64,000 nucleotides of DNA from Lingula anatina (Eukaryota; Animalia; Brachiopoda): NCBI GenBank assembly GCA_051362555.1, contig CM120647.1:4774001-4838000 (forward strand), written 5' to 3'. Under the pieces are notes generated by a model, which did no database searches, was not told where the DNA came from, and worked only from the letters and a program-made list of their open reading frames with translations. The stretch's first letter is position 1. Each line of letters starts with the position of its first letter. This document shows, one piece after another, positions 50,001-63,294 of this stretch. The position numbers were made by a program, and so were the translations under genes.

Positions 50001-53000
50001 CTGTAGTCCAAGCGTTTTTCAATCTCATGCGCGGGGATTTTTTTGTGTTTTCTGGACAAAGCTTTTATTCCATCAGCAACATGTGTTGGGAACGTTTTGA
50101 CAAGTTCGTGTTGAATCATGAGTAGCCTCATTTCTCGCTCCAGTGATGCGCTACCCTTCAAGACACCAACAGCAACCCCAAGAGGAAAAACATGGAAGGG
50201 CTTCCATTTTAGGTATCTTACCAAGAGTATGATTTCATCTTTGTATTTGGCCTCTATTTTCATCTTCTTTTTGTATTTCAATTGGCCGTTATATTCTACA
50301 GAGTATATAGGGACATCTGCTTCATCTTTTCCCTGGATGTTGTCAGGGAATCCAAGGAGCTTAATCTTAGGAACTGTCTGGCATATTGGCTTTGCAAGGT
50401 TACTGCTGTAGTCGTCAATGGTGCATGCAAATCGAGAGAACTTTTTGACACGGGGTTCAAACCATACACCAATTACTTTGCCTCTGTATATATGGTTTGG
50501 TACTGGATCATTTTTAGGTGGGTTAAACACTTCAACGACAACATCCGATTCATTAAAAGCAAGCCCAGAACGTGTTCTGCCGTAGAGTTCAATACGCGGT
50601 ATCTGTTCATTTGTGCCTATCGGAATCGCATGAGCCTTCTGGTTGGTTTCTATGTAAAGGGTGCAGAGTTTATATTTTGAAGGATTCTCCCGTAATATTT
50701 TCTCCAGCATGAACTTTGAGTGAAAATCATACACATTGTCGCCAAAATAATCATCTTCAAAAGATTCTAAAAATGGGTCTTCGTATAGAGCATCATGGAA
50801 GTCCTTTTCCATGAATTCTTCATGTAGCATGTTTTCTTCCTCTTCTTCAACTGAGTTTGAATTCGGGAACACAGGTTGCGCCACATGAATCATCGACTCT
50901 TCCAAAGGCTCGTCCTCAACCGCCGCAATGGATGGCGTACAAACAGCCTCTTCATCTTGGGATGCTCCAGACGAATGGACAGCCGCAAAGCCGGGAGCTT
51001 TTGATGGAAGCCGTTTGCCTGGAATATAATAAAATGTATTGCTCAATTAGGTGTAAATTTCAATTGTGATTGCTATATACTGGACAAGAAAAGGGTTATA
51101 TCGTGTCTAATGAACCTGCAAAATATTTGATGATAATACCTTGTCTGTTCATGTTATACCAATTATGAATTAAATATCTTCATTGCCATGTTAGTTACAA
51201 TTGAAAAAAATGCCCAGCGTAGAATAGTTAATTTAGGAACCAACTTTATATATCATATTTAACAGTATGATGTTACGTACATTACTAGTTCCCCAAAAAG
51301 GGAACGATGACTTAATTGTTAATCAGATAAGTGTCAACCGAAGTTTGCAAAAGTCATTCCTGTAATGGTACCCTAATATCCAATTCAATGTGGGTTTTTT
51401 TGTTTCAAACGCCCACGTTTGTCAAATGACGAATAGCGTTAACGCACGTGTTTTTTCATTAAAAAGTCGCTCTAAATCAGCCTGATCCTCCTGATCCTCT
51501 TCTGTCATTGGCTGACCAAGATCCGTTTCCATTGATGCTATAGTTTCTGGGGGTCTTCGACTAGTTTTAGTGGCATCCTGGAAAGAATTCCTCACTCTTT
51601 AATCATGTAACAATAAACCGTATTAGTAAGAGTGGGGATTTTCTGCATAGCTTAAAGTGATAATAACTCTTCGTATGAGATCTTTATTTCACAATAAATA
51701 CCTTGTGAATAACTCATAGAAATAAAATATATTCTGTTTTACCACAAAAACAGCAGTTATAGCTATTATTCTGATATCTGAGCTTTGTAGACCACGTGAC
51801 CTCCATTGATGGCTATACTCTGTTAAAATCTCTTAAGGTTACTGCTGTAGTCGTTAAGATATTTTAACAAAAAACCAAACTTTTTAGAAAAAAAGCAGGG
51901 ACTAACTTTGAATGTAAAAATGGATCCATTAACTATAGGTAAGTATGGGAAAATTGTTGTTTACTCCAGGAAATTTAATTTTTTGGCCGAAACGAAGAGT
52001 TATTATTGCTCTAAGTGTTGCAGAACGGGCACTCAGAACTCCATAACCCTTAAGCCTCGGTCACAACCGGCCGTACGGGGTTACAGGCTGTTTGCGTCTG
52101 AATTTTGGAAGAAGAAAAAGGGGAGAACAGGAATCAATACTGACGTGCGCCGTCAGTACGTCATCACAAACGTGTGAGGCAAGTGTAAAGCAAAACTGAC
52201 ATACAGGGGCACTACTTGCGCCTGCGTTGCATTCCCTTCGTAAGTGGCGAGTATGTGCCACGTACGCAGGAAGCAAGACAAACTCAAGAAACGATTGCAA
52301 TTTTCACAGTCATCGTTCCTTGCAATAAGCGTCACCACTTGAAAGGACAACTGATGTGGCCCTTGCGACTCGCAAGACAGACTTTCCTCCACCTCTACGA
52401 ACCCCACAACCTCCACTACACCCAAAATTCGTGGGAGAAGTACGGTCTTATAATCCGTTCGTCCGGTTGTGACCGAAGCTTAAGTAATCCAACTTTTCAC
52501 ATTTACTGGGCCCATGGGAGGTTTCTAGGTCAGCAATGTATGGTCTCTACGAGATTAAGCTGTGAGCATTTTGAAAAAAAGAGAACGCTTTCATACTCCA
52601 TGTTAAATGTCGAGTATGTAAATCAATGTAGGGGTCTTACCCTGCTGTCACTAGAAGTGTTCACCTGCCTATTTCTTCTATAATGTCTAGGCACTATCTT
52701 ATCTGATTTCGTCGATTTTTCTGAAACAGTAGCTGAACCGAACATCTTCAATCAAAAGCGCGGATGACGGTAAATATCATAAACGGAAACGGAAACTATT
52801 TGACAAACATTTTAAGCGCATGTAGATACCGTATTATATTTAGAATAATGTACAGTGGTCCGCTAAAGTGAGGCAAAAGTTTGACTGATCAGGAAGCAAT
52901 TTATTGATAGCCTGTTATGTGATAAACAATTGCTTTATTTTCTGTGACATTAAATGTGGTATATCTTTTGTACAGTCACATACGTTATATTGTGTTTCAA

Positions 53001-54839
53001 ATCGCCAAATATTTGTCTTGTTAAAATCGATAGATATTTTGAAAGGAGTGTAACATTTACCAACATCTCAACAGCAATATTACAAACAATAAGCTAATCA
53101 GACTAGGCAATCTATTATAAACTAAATCACAACTGGTAAGTAAAACGCTGAACGTTAAACAGCATACTAAAATTTAAAAAATCCATCTGCTTGTTATTTA
53201 TGTAACTTAAAGCCAATTCAGCGCATATTCGACATGCTCATGGTGTTTAAATACGTAGCTGCATGCGTTTATTTAACTGTTCGATTATTGTGAATCATAT
53301 CCCAACATCCAACACTTACTGGTTTTGGTCACTCTTCGGCTTGAAGCCTGTAAAGCAGGATAATTATTTGAAAAAAATAAGCACTGCTAGAAATAGTATG
53401 TGTCGTTTTACAACATGTGAAAGAACGGATGGTCTATTCTTAAATGTAAAATCAGGCATGTTTGTTAAGATAGAATCCAAGTCATTTTACAGTGAAATAT
53501 TTTGATACAAACCGGCAGAAGTCCCACAATCCAATCCGGATCGTACTTGGGTGACGCCCGTCTCTCTATGGCCTCGATTTCATCTTGCGTCCTTTTCAAT
53601 CTTCGAATCTCGTGTTCTCTAGATTCCTGCAAATTACGTAAAACATGCACACGCCACAACCAATACTTAAGTTATTACATACATATATCAAAAGAAAATA
53701 TTAATGGTACCGTCACCTTGTTTGTTTGAACAAAAAAATCATTGATGGTCATTAATCAGGAAGTATATTGGACACAGTGCACATATAAAACTAAGTTGGG
53801 TTCCACTCCAAATATCGTTTTTTTATCTATCCCGAATAAATCCATTAAACAGACATATCATCAAACAAATTTAATCGTCCACAAGCTTAATGTCGTTTCC
53901 AAATTGGCTTTAAAGGAGATTAATGTCCCAATATTTTAATATATAGTCTGCATGTACGATTTGTTGACGATACTGAATACCTTTAAGGTGACCAGATTGT
54001 TTTATAACATTGTTTTAATCAACAAAGATTCATCATATGTGGACGTACACTGGGCAGAATGCTATGCGCCTCCTCTGCCATTTCGATGGCTTTTTTAATG
54101 TCCCCCTGATTATGGAACGCCCTCGACTTTAAATCGTACGCCTTTGCACACAGCGCGCGACATTCGTCTTCTTCCTGTTCACTTTCTATCAGATCAAGAG
54201 CTGAAAACGGAGCGTATTAATGAATGCTAAATGCCAAATAAACGCAAAAAAGATTATCACGGTTTCAATGGTACTTTTCATTTAGAAATATTAATCAGTT
54301 TGCAGAATAAAGAAAGGGGAATCAAATATACTACCCATTTTAATGAAGAACCCGTGGTCCCTTAATTCAATAAAGGTAATAACTTACCTTTTATGCAATG
54401 GTCTCCACATAGTTTTGTAAATGTCTGCATCAAAGAAAAATATACAAGGATTTAATCTCGTTATTTAAGATTTCGTTATTAAATGAATATGCAAAAAGTA
54501 AAAGGAATCGTTTAACCAAAGACAACGGTGTACAATTCAGTCATATCTAAATATAAATGATTTTGAACGTCCTTGTCAGTTTTTGCTATTTCTAAACAGC
54601 ATTCAGAATACCCAAGAAGCAGGCGAGCAGTAGTTTGTTTATTCATTATCTGACACTCACGGACGCCGCCAGATAGTATAAGGACGTCACGGTAGCACAG
54701 CAAAGCATGCACAAACTCTTTTTGCTCCAGACTCTCGTCTCCATAGGTATGCAGTTTCTTTATTAAGTCAGGAATACGCTGTAAGATTGCACATAATTTT
54801 CCATTTTATTTCATTTGTTTACTGATATATTTATATGCC

Positions 54840-54882
<43 letters not shown>

Positions 54883-57800
54883 TCTGCAATAGCAGTAGCA
54901 AGTCTCGATATGAGGCTGTCCATCATCAATAATCTTAAACCATAATATTTATAGAAGGCATTAGAGGCCTAGCTACAGAATGAGTCGATCATGCCATTTC
55001 TAACCAATGAGCATGCTACTTATCAATTCCACTTATCCCAAGGGAATTGTGATCAAATCATGACTACGCTGAACCCATGCAGTCACACCGATACCCCTGT
55101 CACGGCGGGTGCAATTTTAGCTATAAGTATTGTGTTTGTCTTGATACATCCCCCTCAAACATTGACCCAGACTCAGACACAAGTAAACGCAGACACTTTT
55201 TTTTAATATGTCACATCTGTTTCATGCATCGCTCTGTCAATCTTGTGTACCTTCATGTTCTTATGTTGAAGCAATTAACATACCAGTATCCAATGCGGCA
55301 GTTGTTCTAGTAATCTTTTTATGGTGGCATCCCGAACAAGAGGAATTTGAGGAGGTAAAGATAATATCCTAGCTGGTTTTTCCCATCTTAGTGCTAAGGG
55401 GATAAATACATGGTTTCAATGAATAAATATGAATATATGTATATATAAATATACAGACTTGACATTTAATATGGAATACTTCAGTTTCGAAGGTATACCT
55501 AGGTAAAAATACGTTCTTTTTTCAAAAAACTCCAAACTCATATAAGATTTGTGAATGTAAAAGTGTGCAGTCAGGTGTGTCACTACCAATTAACTGACTT
55601 TCATGCCTGTTGCGCTGCTACATTATGTAATTTGCAGTGATTTAATTGGGTAGTGTTCCTTTGGGCTGATCAAAGCTTGGCTTAGGCAAAGCTTGGTTCT
55701 GTCAAAAAAGTATCCATATTTCTGCAACTACTGCATAGAATAATTTGAAACTTTGCATGCAAGCGGTCAGTTTCGCAGTGCGTAAGATGAGTCAAGTAGT
55801 GCATTACAAATTTGTTAATCTAAGGCAGAATGGCGCGAAAAAGACAGACATAACCAGACAGATCATAGCGCCAAACGGAACGGTCCCCACAGTTTTATAG
55901 AGTAATGCCCAGACTGATGTACCTACACAGAGATGACCCCCAATGTATCAAAATTTTACCTACAGGGTACAGGACCCACTGTCTTTCGGGATACGCTGCT
56001 GCAACTAAACATAAAACACTTAGTCCGTTCAGAACGAGGGGTAAATTGCCACTAAAATGCGTTTTTCAAAGCCCTTAGCGAACACCAAACTGGTTTTCGC
56101 AGGTAAGAACACCAAATGACCTCCGAGGTACCCATTGTATACAGCAAAACATCGTCGTCTGTTTCTCTAATGAATTGGGGGCCATGAACGAATCTGGGTA
56201 GAACACTGAAACTGCGTGGCTTTATTTACTGAGGTCAGATTTCACCTGTACCGCCCAATTAGTCAAAACAGAGTTTACAGATATCCAGAAGAGGCCTACG
56301 ACGAAGCATATGCCACCAAAATAACAAAACGACCACCAAAACGGTACGGAAAAGGCAGGTAAAACGATGGTAAATTATGTTTTTTTTTTTTTTTCACTGA
56401 AAAAGATTTAAAACGAATGAAATCTACATATACATTGTATGTCAGTAAAATTATACGCTTGGAAGGCAACGTAATAAAGCAAAAAGGAAAGGAGGTATGT
56501 TAATCAAGTTTCTTCTTCGATTAAGCAGTCAGTCATCTCTAATATGTCAGCAGTAACCCCTTTATGTTTGAAAAATAAGGCTAAAGACATTTCCAACTAA
56601 GGTTAGATTTTTGATTAGGCTTTTTTTCAGCGAATCGCCCAGCCGCCATTTGGACGGCTGCCTGAAAAGTAAAACCTATCAGACCTTCAAGCATCACTTG
56701 ACAGCGCTGACAGAGGAAAAGTCGATTTTCATATTCGTTCAGTAGGGGCTACGTTTGCGGGAGATTGTCAGTGGTAGATTATTCGCAAGACGCGAAGGCA
56801 ATTTACATATATACAGAGGGAGATTGTTTGCGATCTGAGCGAGACGAGAAAGCAATTTTCCTATTCGTTCAAGGGATTTTGTCCGCAGATGATTGGAAGC
56901 GGACGATTGATACCGATCCGACTGAGACACTAAGGCAGTTTTCATACCTTCCGCGGGATGTTGTTTTCGATCCGAGAGAGACGAGAAAGCAATTTTCATA
57001 TTCACGCAAAGGAGTTCGTTAGCGGCATATCGTCAGCGTGAGATAGCTTCTTTTTCTTCTACCTTTGGTGGGCTAAGGGGGCATAACAATAGCAGAGGTC
57101 TTTAAAATATTGTAATTCACATGCACAGATTTGAAGTTGTGTGTTTTTCCTCTTTTGACCACGTGGATGCTAAAAATCCTAGGAATATGCGCCAACATCG
57201 TCTATCTTCAAGAAAGCCACACGGAAGGCGTGCAGCAACTGCACTGAGACTGAACGGACTCGGTATGATCAGTTTCAGTCGACAAACCGAATTTTCCCTT
57301 CATATCCGTAAGCTCATATTAATTAGCGCAAGGCACGGCACAACCATGTAATGTAAATGTACCTGCCGTAGCCCGTAGCCACTTACGATGCCATAAAAAT
57401 CGCACGGAAAACCGTATATGATTTCGTTGTACGGCATATGTAGCAAATGGCATTTAGCAATCCAAACGAGATGAAGAGGCAATTTTAACATTGTCAGCCG
57501 AATATCGTTTGTGATCCGAGCGAGACGAGAAGGTAAATTTCATATTCGTTTTAGGGACTTCGTCAGCTGAAAAATCATCGGCGGGAGATAGTTATGAATC
57601 CGAGCAAAACAAGAAGGCAATATTAATAAGGTCGGAGGGATATCGTCAGCGATTCGAGGGAGACAAGAAGGCAATTTCCACATTTGTTCAAGGGCTGCAT
57701 TAGTGGAAGATCGTCAGTGGGAAACAAGGTGGTTTGGTTGCGTTCATCAGCAACTGAGTGAAATATGTATATAATTTATGTTAATGTCACATGGCTGAGA

Positions 57801-57894
57801 TGGTAACAACTGATTGCTGAATGATAATTTTTCATTAAAATCCACGTGCTTTAGCAGTTCAGACTGCAAAAAAAAAAAAAAAATAAAAAAAAAA

Positions 57895-57925
<31 letters not shown>

Positions 57926-59130
57926 AACTACCAAAATAAGTCCGTTATTGAATTTTTAATGTACATGTATTTTTATATTATTTTAAATTATTTTTTATAC
58001 CCCTCTTTCTTTGAAAATTATTCTTTCTCTTTTTCATTTACATTTTTATTTTATTTTTGAATGTCAAACAAGCTATTAATGATAGGTAAGGATAGTGGCC
58101 AATGAAAAATCCAAATGAACAGAAAAAGCGAAAGCGTTAAAAGTTTTAATAAGACTAATTGTACCAGTAATAGACTGATTTTACTTCTATACTTCATCCT
58201 CTGCTGTATGCGTTGGCGGCCATTTTGGTTTATCCATACCAGAAACGTGCCAGTACGCAGTCAATTATCCTACTATGTTTTTCTGACAGGAAATAGGTTC
58301 ACAAGAGCCACAAATAAAGTATATCTGTCGACTTTTGGTTGTTTTTCTATTTTCCCTCAAAAATTGACGGCCATATTGAAAATGCTCAAAGTCTTGGAAG
58401 TAGACACCAAGCTACTGAACCTTTCTAGCCCTAAAGGATGGATTTCTGTAATGGATGTTTACAGGAAAGATCGTTGCAGGGTTCGACTATTTAGTATATG
58501 GGAGTCAGTAGATATTCGCATGTATTGTGCAATATCACCCAGTGACATCATCATGACGTCATTATAACTGTTATAGATGTGCACAGTAAGTGTATGTTTC
58601 TCAAATTTATTCATATTATCGTAATTAACGCCGGTAGTGCTCGTTTAAGGGAATTTTGGATGTACGTAAAAATGCTGAATCAGCATATTTTAAGAAAGCC
58701 GCTCATCCGGGTGCTTGTGAATTTTGGAATTGCCCCCCGATCCAAAATTGACAAATACCCAATGGTCTTTCATCGTGGAAAGTTTCATGCTTTTATCAAC
58801 TTTTGCACAATTTTTGGGCTTAGCCGCCTAACTATAAACCTAAAATACATGTTTGAATCCGTTAATATGCCACATTGTAGTAATCAGTATTGGCACTTTC
58901 AAAAACCGGGGCGACCCCCTAATCAAGTGTGTAGCCCCAAAAGTCTACTTGTAACTTTAAGATGCATAGTTGCACCCCTCTCATTCTTTATTATCTGTGC
59001 ATTGTATAAAACCGAGTCAGAGTCACGTACGTTAGGTAAGCAACATGATCTTACACTTGTACAATAGAGAACATGTATCATATACACATTTTAGTAATCT
59101 CGTTGATCGTATACACATTATGGTAATCTC

Positions 59131-59174
<44 letters not shown>

Positions 59175-59985
59175 GTTTACCTTCGTGCAGATCTTCCAAA
59201 ACTTCAATAAGTAAATCCTGAAAAATAAACACTGAATACAAGTCAATGGAAACACCTTAAGGGTGGCACCTCCCTGCTTGCCAGAAACAAAACATGCTCT
59301 GGCAACTAAGGTTTATGTATACTTTACGGTGATTCAAGTTCATATAAAGTTCATGGGAAAGTGACAGAGCATACCTACATGTGTTTTGTAGCTAATGTTG
59401 CACGTAATTAGCGAGGTAAGAAAAAAAAAAACAGACATACAGACGTGATTTTACTTGTAAATTCACGCAAACGACCGATTTGATCCATGGTTTAAAATCC
59501 TGATATAGAGATATAGACGCCTGTCTGTTCGAATGTTTTTATTACTTTATGCTTTATAATGCGTTTATTATATCTGATTACAAATGCAACTTTATTCCTA
59601 CCAAATGTCTTAGTTCAATATCATCAAAAAATATGAATATGTATGTGTGAATATTATAAGGTTTACTCAAATAATAAATCAATGAACTGTCCAAACCTTG
59701 TACAATTGAATATTGTGAACATATATTAAAAAGACGTTACTAATGGCATCCTTAAGAATACACAAAACTTACCAATTCCAATCTACATTGGGCTCGACCA
59801 TAGTAAAATTCGACCATTAAACTTTTGGGGATTGGTATTCCAGTTTCAGCCACTGTAAGAATATTCCCTAAAAGTGCACTGAAGCATTCGTTGGCCTCTT
59901 TAAAAGACTGGCACTTAACAAGCTGACGTGCTTCTTCACGACGGTAGAGACCCTCTGGCACATATATGCCAAGAAACTGAAACAT
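40521..59985 (-). CDS. HELZ2: HELZ2-like RNB exoribonuclease / UPF1-like SF1 helicase with N-terminal TPR-like repeats (~2150 aa, ~19 exons; one in-frame TAG at 49268-49270, so possibly a pseudogene or null allele)
   Basis: Phase-compatible GT-AG exon chain on the minus strand: 59773-59976 (possible ATG at 59985), 59181-59217, 55284-55393, ~54572-54778, 54388-54424, 54049-54200, 53513-53626, 53320-53347, 52641-52720, 51448-51577, 47559-51018, 46931-47031, 46078-46320, 45187-45318, 43218-43867, 42693-42962, 42028-42190, 41088-41255, 40521-40642 (TAA). RNB motifs: [47 protein letters not shown]1B helicase motifs: QGPPG|[31 protein letters not shown]|HP, SQG|GEWD, NVALTR. The start codon is unresolved. 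Confidence 0.85.
43218..43867 (-). CDS. HELZ2: HELZ2-like helicase exon (Walker B / motif III region)
   Basis: Encodes ILRVYG...[10 protein letters not shown]...[12 protein letters not shown]...[12 protein letters not shown]...SLFERY...LNKQYRM. Acceptor tatag, donor gtacgt. Confidence 0.9.
47559..51018 (-). CDS. HELZ2: Giant 3.46-kb internal exon of the HELZ2-like gene (cold-shock-like region + RNB domain + linker), split by an in-frame TAG
   Basis: ORFs 49268-51046 and 47477-49258 are in the same frame, separated only by CAA TAG CAG. Acceptor ttccag|GC at 51018, donor GT|gtatgt at 47559. All four RNase II catalytic Asp residues (DxxxxxDxDD) are present. Confidence 0.9.
52053..52480. mobile_element. 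Harbinger-like MITE in a HELZ2-like intron
   Basis: TIR AGCCTCGGTCACAACCGG ... CCGGTTGTGACCGAAGCT. The body is homologous to 812-880 plus 3750-4104. Confidence 0.85.
56690..57720. repeat. Degenerate dispersed/tandem repeat cluster
   Basis: Several copies of GATCCGAGCGAGACGAGAA(A/G)GCAATTTTCATATTCGTT in 56690-57020 and 57500-57720. Confidence 0.6.
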
Positions 59986-60040
59986 ACGATGTTGTGTTAT
60001 CTGGGTAAATATAAGCAATCTGTGGAGCATCATTCTATTG

Positions 60041-60041
60041 T

Positions 60042-60136
<95 letters not shown>
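60041..60136. repeat. poly(A)+(TA)n microsatellite (representative; others at ~5573-5664, 8341-8404, 11561-11614, 17487-17561, 33397-33470, 43906-43957; (GA)n at 59133-59170)
   Basis: Directly visible simple repeats. Confidence 0.95.
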
Positions 60137-60140
<4 letters not shown>

Positions 60141-60883
60141 AAATGGACACCAAGCAGCTAATTAAGGACAAGAAAGCAATTGAAAATCATTGCACCCAGT
60201 TTAAAGTACATGTACAAGATATCATGTTCTGGAAATAAGGGTAGGTGTCTATCAGTATTCTCAACAGAGAGTATATCACTCCTGGGTTTTAACTAGGTTT
60301 TCTTTTTTCCCAAATCTTATAAAAATTTTAATCAAAGCCATGAGTACTTTTGAGATGAGGTTTTGGACCAAGGCATTTACCTGGTAAACAAGGAAGGAAA
60401 TAAACTGTATATCTTCAGCCTTGTTACCCTATATTTGGTTTTTAGACACCTAATACATGCACATCAGTAAATGGAGGGTACTGTTACAACCTTGCTAATC
60501 GTAACATATTCAAACAGCGGGCTTAAAATATATTAAATGGCATACCATTTGAATTACAGTCAGGCCGATAATTATATGAAAAAATCATTAAAAACAAATT
60601 AAAATAGAATAAAATTGTGAAAATGTGTTTGGTAATGTCAATAATTAAAATCTGCTACACGTTTATTTAAGGAATCTCGTCTTTCATAAGCACAAACAAG
60701 GAATTTTGATTTACAGATGGCCTAAACACCTTTCAAAAAAAAAAAAAAATCCGAGCATGGAGTTATACCAGCATTTAACGAAAAAAATGGAAAGAAAATA
60801 TACCGAAAGAGAAAGTGAGAAAAGAAAACACAAACAGCTTAAAAATAATGTGTTTACCTGCACCATTGGGTCATACCTGCAAC

Positions 60884-60926
<43 letters not shown>

Positions 60927-61197
60927 TAAAGGCCGACGAGAATACAAATATATATTCGAACTGCTGTATAAATATTTAATTTGTCGTATATTAAGCCATT
61001 TCACCTACGTAAAATATCTTAAATAACATGTTTGCAAAGGAAGGGGACCATTATACAAAACTGAATCAACTCTGTCGGACTTTGATACCCAAACATACCA
61101 CTTTTTTTCACCTGTTTGTGGGGACCGTGTTCTTACCCAAGCCATTCATTTTTTAGCTTGTTGAGGGAAAAGGATTCATGGAAATCAGTTCATCGAT

Positions 61198-61228
<31 letters not shown>

Positions 61229-62115
61229 TTACTGCCCTCCATTGTCGTTGCCCAATTCGTTCCTATCCATATCTAGAAAACACATAAATAAATATATCAA
61301 GCATGCATTTGTAAGCTGTAATGTTAGTATAAACCTATAATACTTATTGCGATTGCATTCACGTTCATATAGTATTATTACAACAGCAACCTTAATTAAA
61401 TTGATTGAAACAAGTTAATTTATCCGTAGACCATCTTCCTTCAAAATGGTCATTAAAAAAGAAGATCTTTGTTTCTCAGGGAATAACACATAAAATACAG
61501 TTGTGGTTAATTTGTGAGAGTATATTCCTTATAATAAGTTTCTAATTTATAAATTTAATCTTATTCTAAAATAATTAAAAGAAACGGCATATCGTATTTA
61601 ATTTCCCTGGGAATACAACAGAAATTCCAGTTGTGGTAAAATACATGAGCACATATTATTTATAATTAATTGATTTAATCTGATTTTAAATAAAATCAAA
61701 TTTGTGTGTTACTACATTTGTGTTTTGACACTAAGCACAACAGAACAATTACGTATTTATTTAGACATACTGGCGGGTACAGTACTCTATACCGTTATAT
61801 AGAACAGTAAAAAAAAACTAAAATATCAGCTGATCGAGATTGTAAAAGACAATGGGAGTCCTGAATGCTACCTCATTCCCTTTTTTAACTTCCGCTAAGC
61901 AAATCATATAAGTGGCTTAACATATCACATCCCCATGCTTTTCACCACTGCCTATAATTTGAAGCGAAAAGCCTGAGTGTATGCAAAGGGACTATATCCC
62001 ACAAACACGATCCCGATTATAACGTTCCTTCCTACATTAAATCATCAAGCCATCTTTTAACTTAAACCAGTACGACACCGGACTAAAATAGACACATACC
62101 CACAATGCAATAGGC

Positions 62116-62126
62116 GGGGATTCCCC
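62116..62126. promoter_or_regulatory. Perfect NF-kB (kB) site
   Basis: GGGGATTCCCC, next to ZNF143/SBS-like CCCACAATGC and ~2 kb upstream of the first identified HELZ2-like coding exon. Confidence 0.5.
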
Positions 62127-63294
62127 TTAACAGGTGTTATCATGGCGTCCTCAAAAAAGGTCGAACTTGGCGGGTAAACATGGTGTCTAAACGCTTGTTA
62201 ACATATTAAACTTGGGAGAAATACGTTTTTTGTAGGTGAACGAGAAAAGACCCCTTGTTGCTAGAGAGAGAGAGAGAGAGAGAGGGAAAGAGAGAGGGAG
62301 CTAGAGAGAGAAGGGGTTGATATTGCCCTAATTCCTTATTGATCATAAAGGCATTAATGCTGAAAAAGCAGTCCTTTGTCAACAGCGAGAGTAAATGTGG
62401 TGTTGAATAAGAAAATAGTCACCGTTTGGAACGATTTCTGGAGCTCATTAAGCATATATCCCATAACCAACTCACTCTGGCCTACCTGTATTTCGAGGAG
62501 TTCAAAACATTCCCGTTCAGTCGCCTGGTCGCCAAAAGATCCGCCGTGAAAATGCTACTGTTTGATTTGAAAGGCCTTCACTTTGATCACCTGACTTTCT
62601 GCGAATCGGTCAAATTCGCCGTACGCCAATTTCTCTCTAAAGTAATCATACTGTATAATTGACCCTTGCTGCACTGAAGTAAACCCGCACGAAAACGAAG
62701 TAGATACTCCAACGCAGTAGACTAGTGCAATCATACTGCAAACATGCCTCAAATCTGCTTCGATTTGGGAGCTAATTAGCATATTTGAAACATGCTTCTA
62801 TCATATGTTGCTAATCTACTAATGCTCCTCTCTTTATAAACCTATGTAATTTTTTGCTGTGGAATTGCAGTATGCTATACTGTATTTCTACTGCAAATAT
62901 GGCCCATACCACTACTGCGTTAATGTTCTTTGCTACTTCGATACTACTGCACGTTCATGCGGGAATGCACGTCGATTTTAATCAATGATTAACTAAGAGA
63001 TAAAAACCAAGCCAGCTGTCCTGCTTACCTACATGTATAGTGTTTTCGTTCTTCAAGATTGTGTCTGCTTATCTATAATAGTTGCTAATTTGCTAGATTC
63101 AGAGTTAAATGTTTAGTAGATAAAATACAAAGTACCTCCACTTTATTACCTTAATTCAATGCGCAATGTACTGAACTTGTCACTCCTATTTTCTTTTTCA
63201 CTTCCGCGAAAATTCCACAGTTGTTTCGATACTTGTCTGCCATCTAGCGGTAATGAAAAGGAGTATGGTTGGTTGTGAGTCACATCCTAGAATA

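Noticed and set aside
47529-51069. Numerous plus-strand ORFs opposite the RNB exon
   Set aside because: Antisense shadows of a long coding exon.
58115-59067. Plus-strand ORFs of 150 and 162 aa
   Set aside because: No recognisable motifs. They overlap what looks like a decayed DNA-transposon end (~58200-58835) in an intron, whose partner TIR I could not find.
60375-60410. Polypyrimidine-CAG|GTAAAT on the minus strand, as a recursive splice site or extra exon
   Set aside because: The intron is short and no phase-compatible open exon could be built; unsupported without RNA data.
62142-62179. Possible first exon of a divergent plus-strand gene (MASSKKVELG, donor gtaaac)
   Set aside because: No convincing downstream exon in the window and too short to support.
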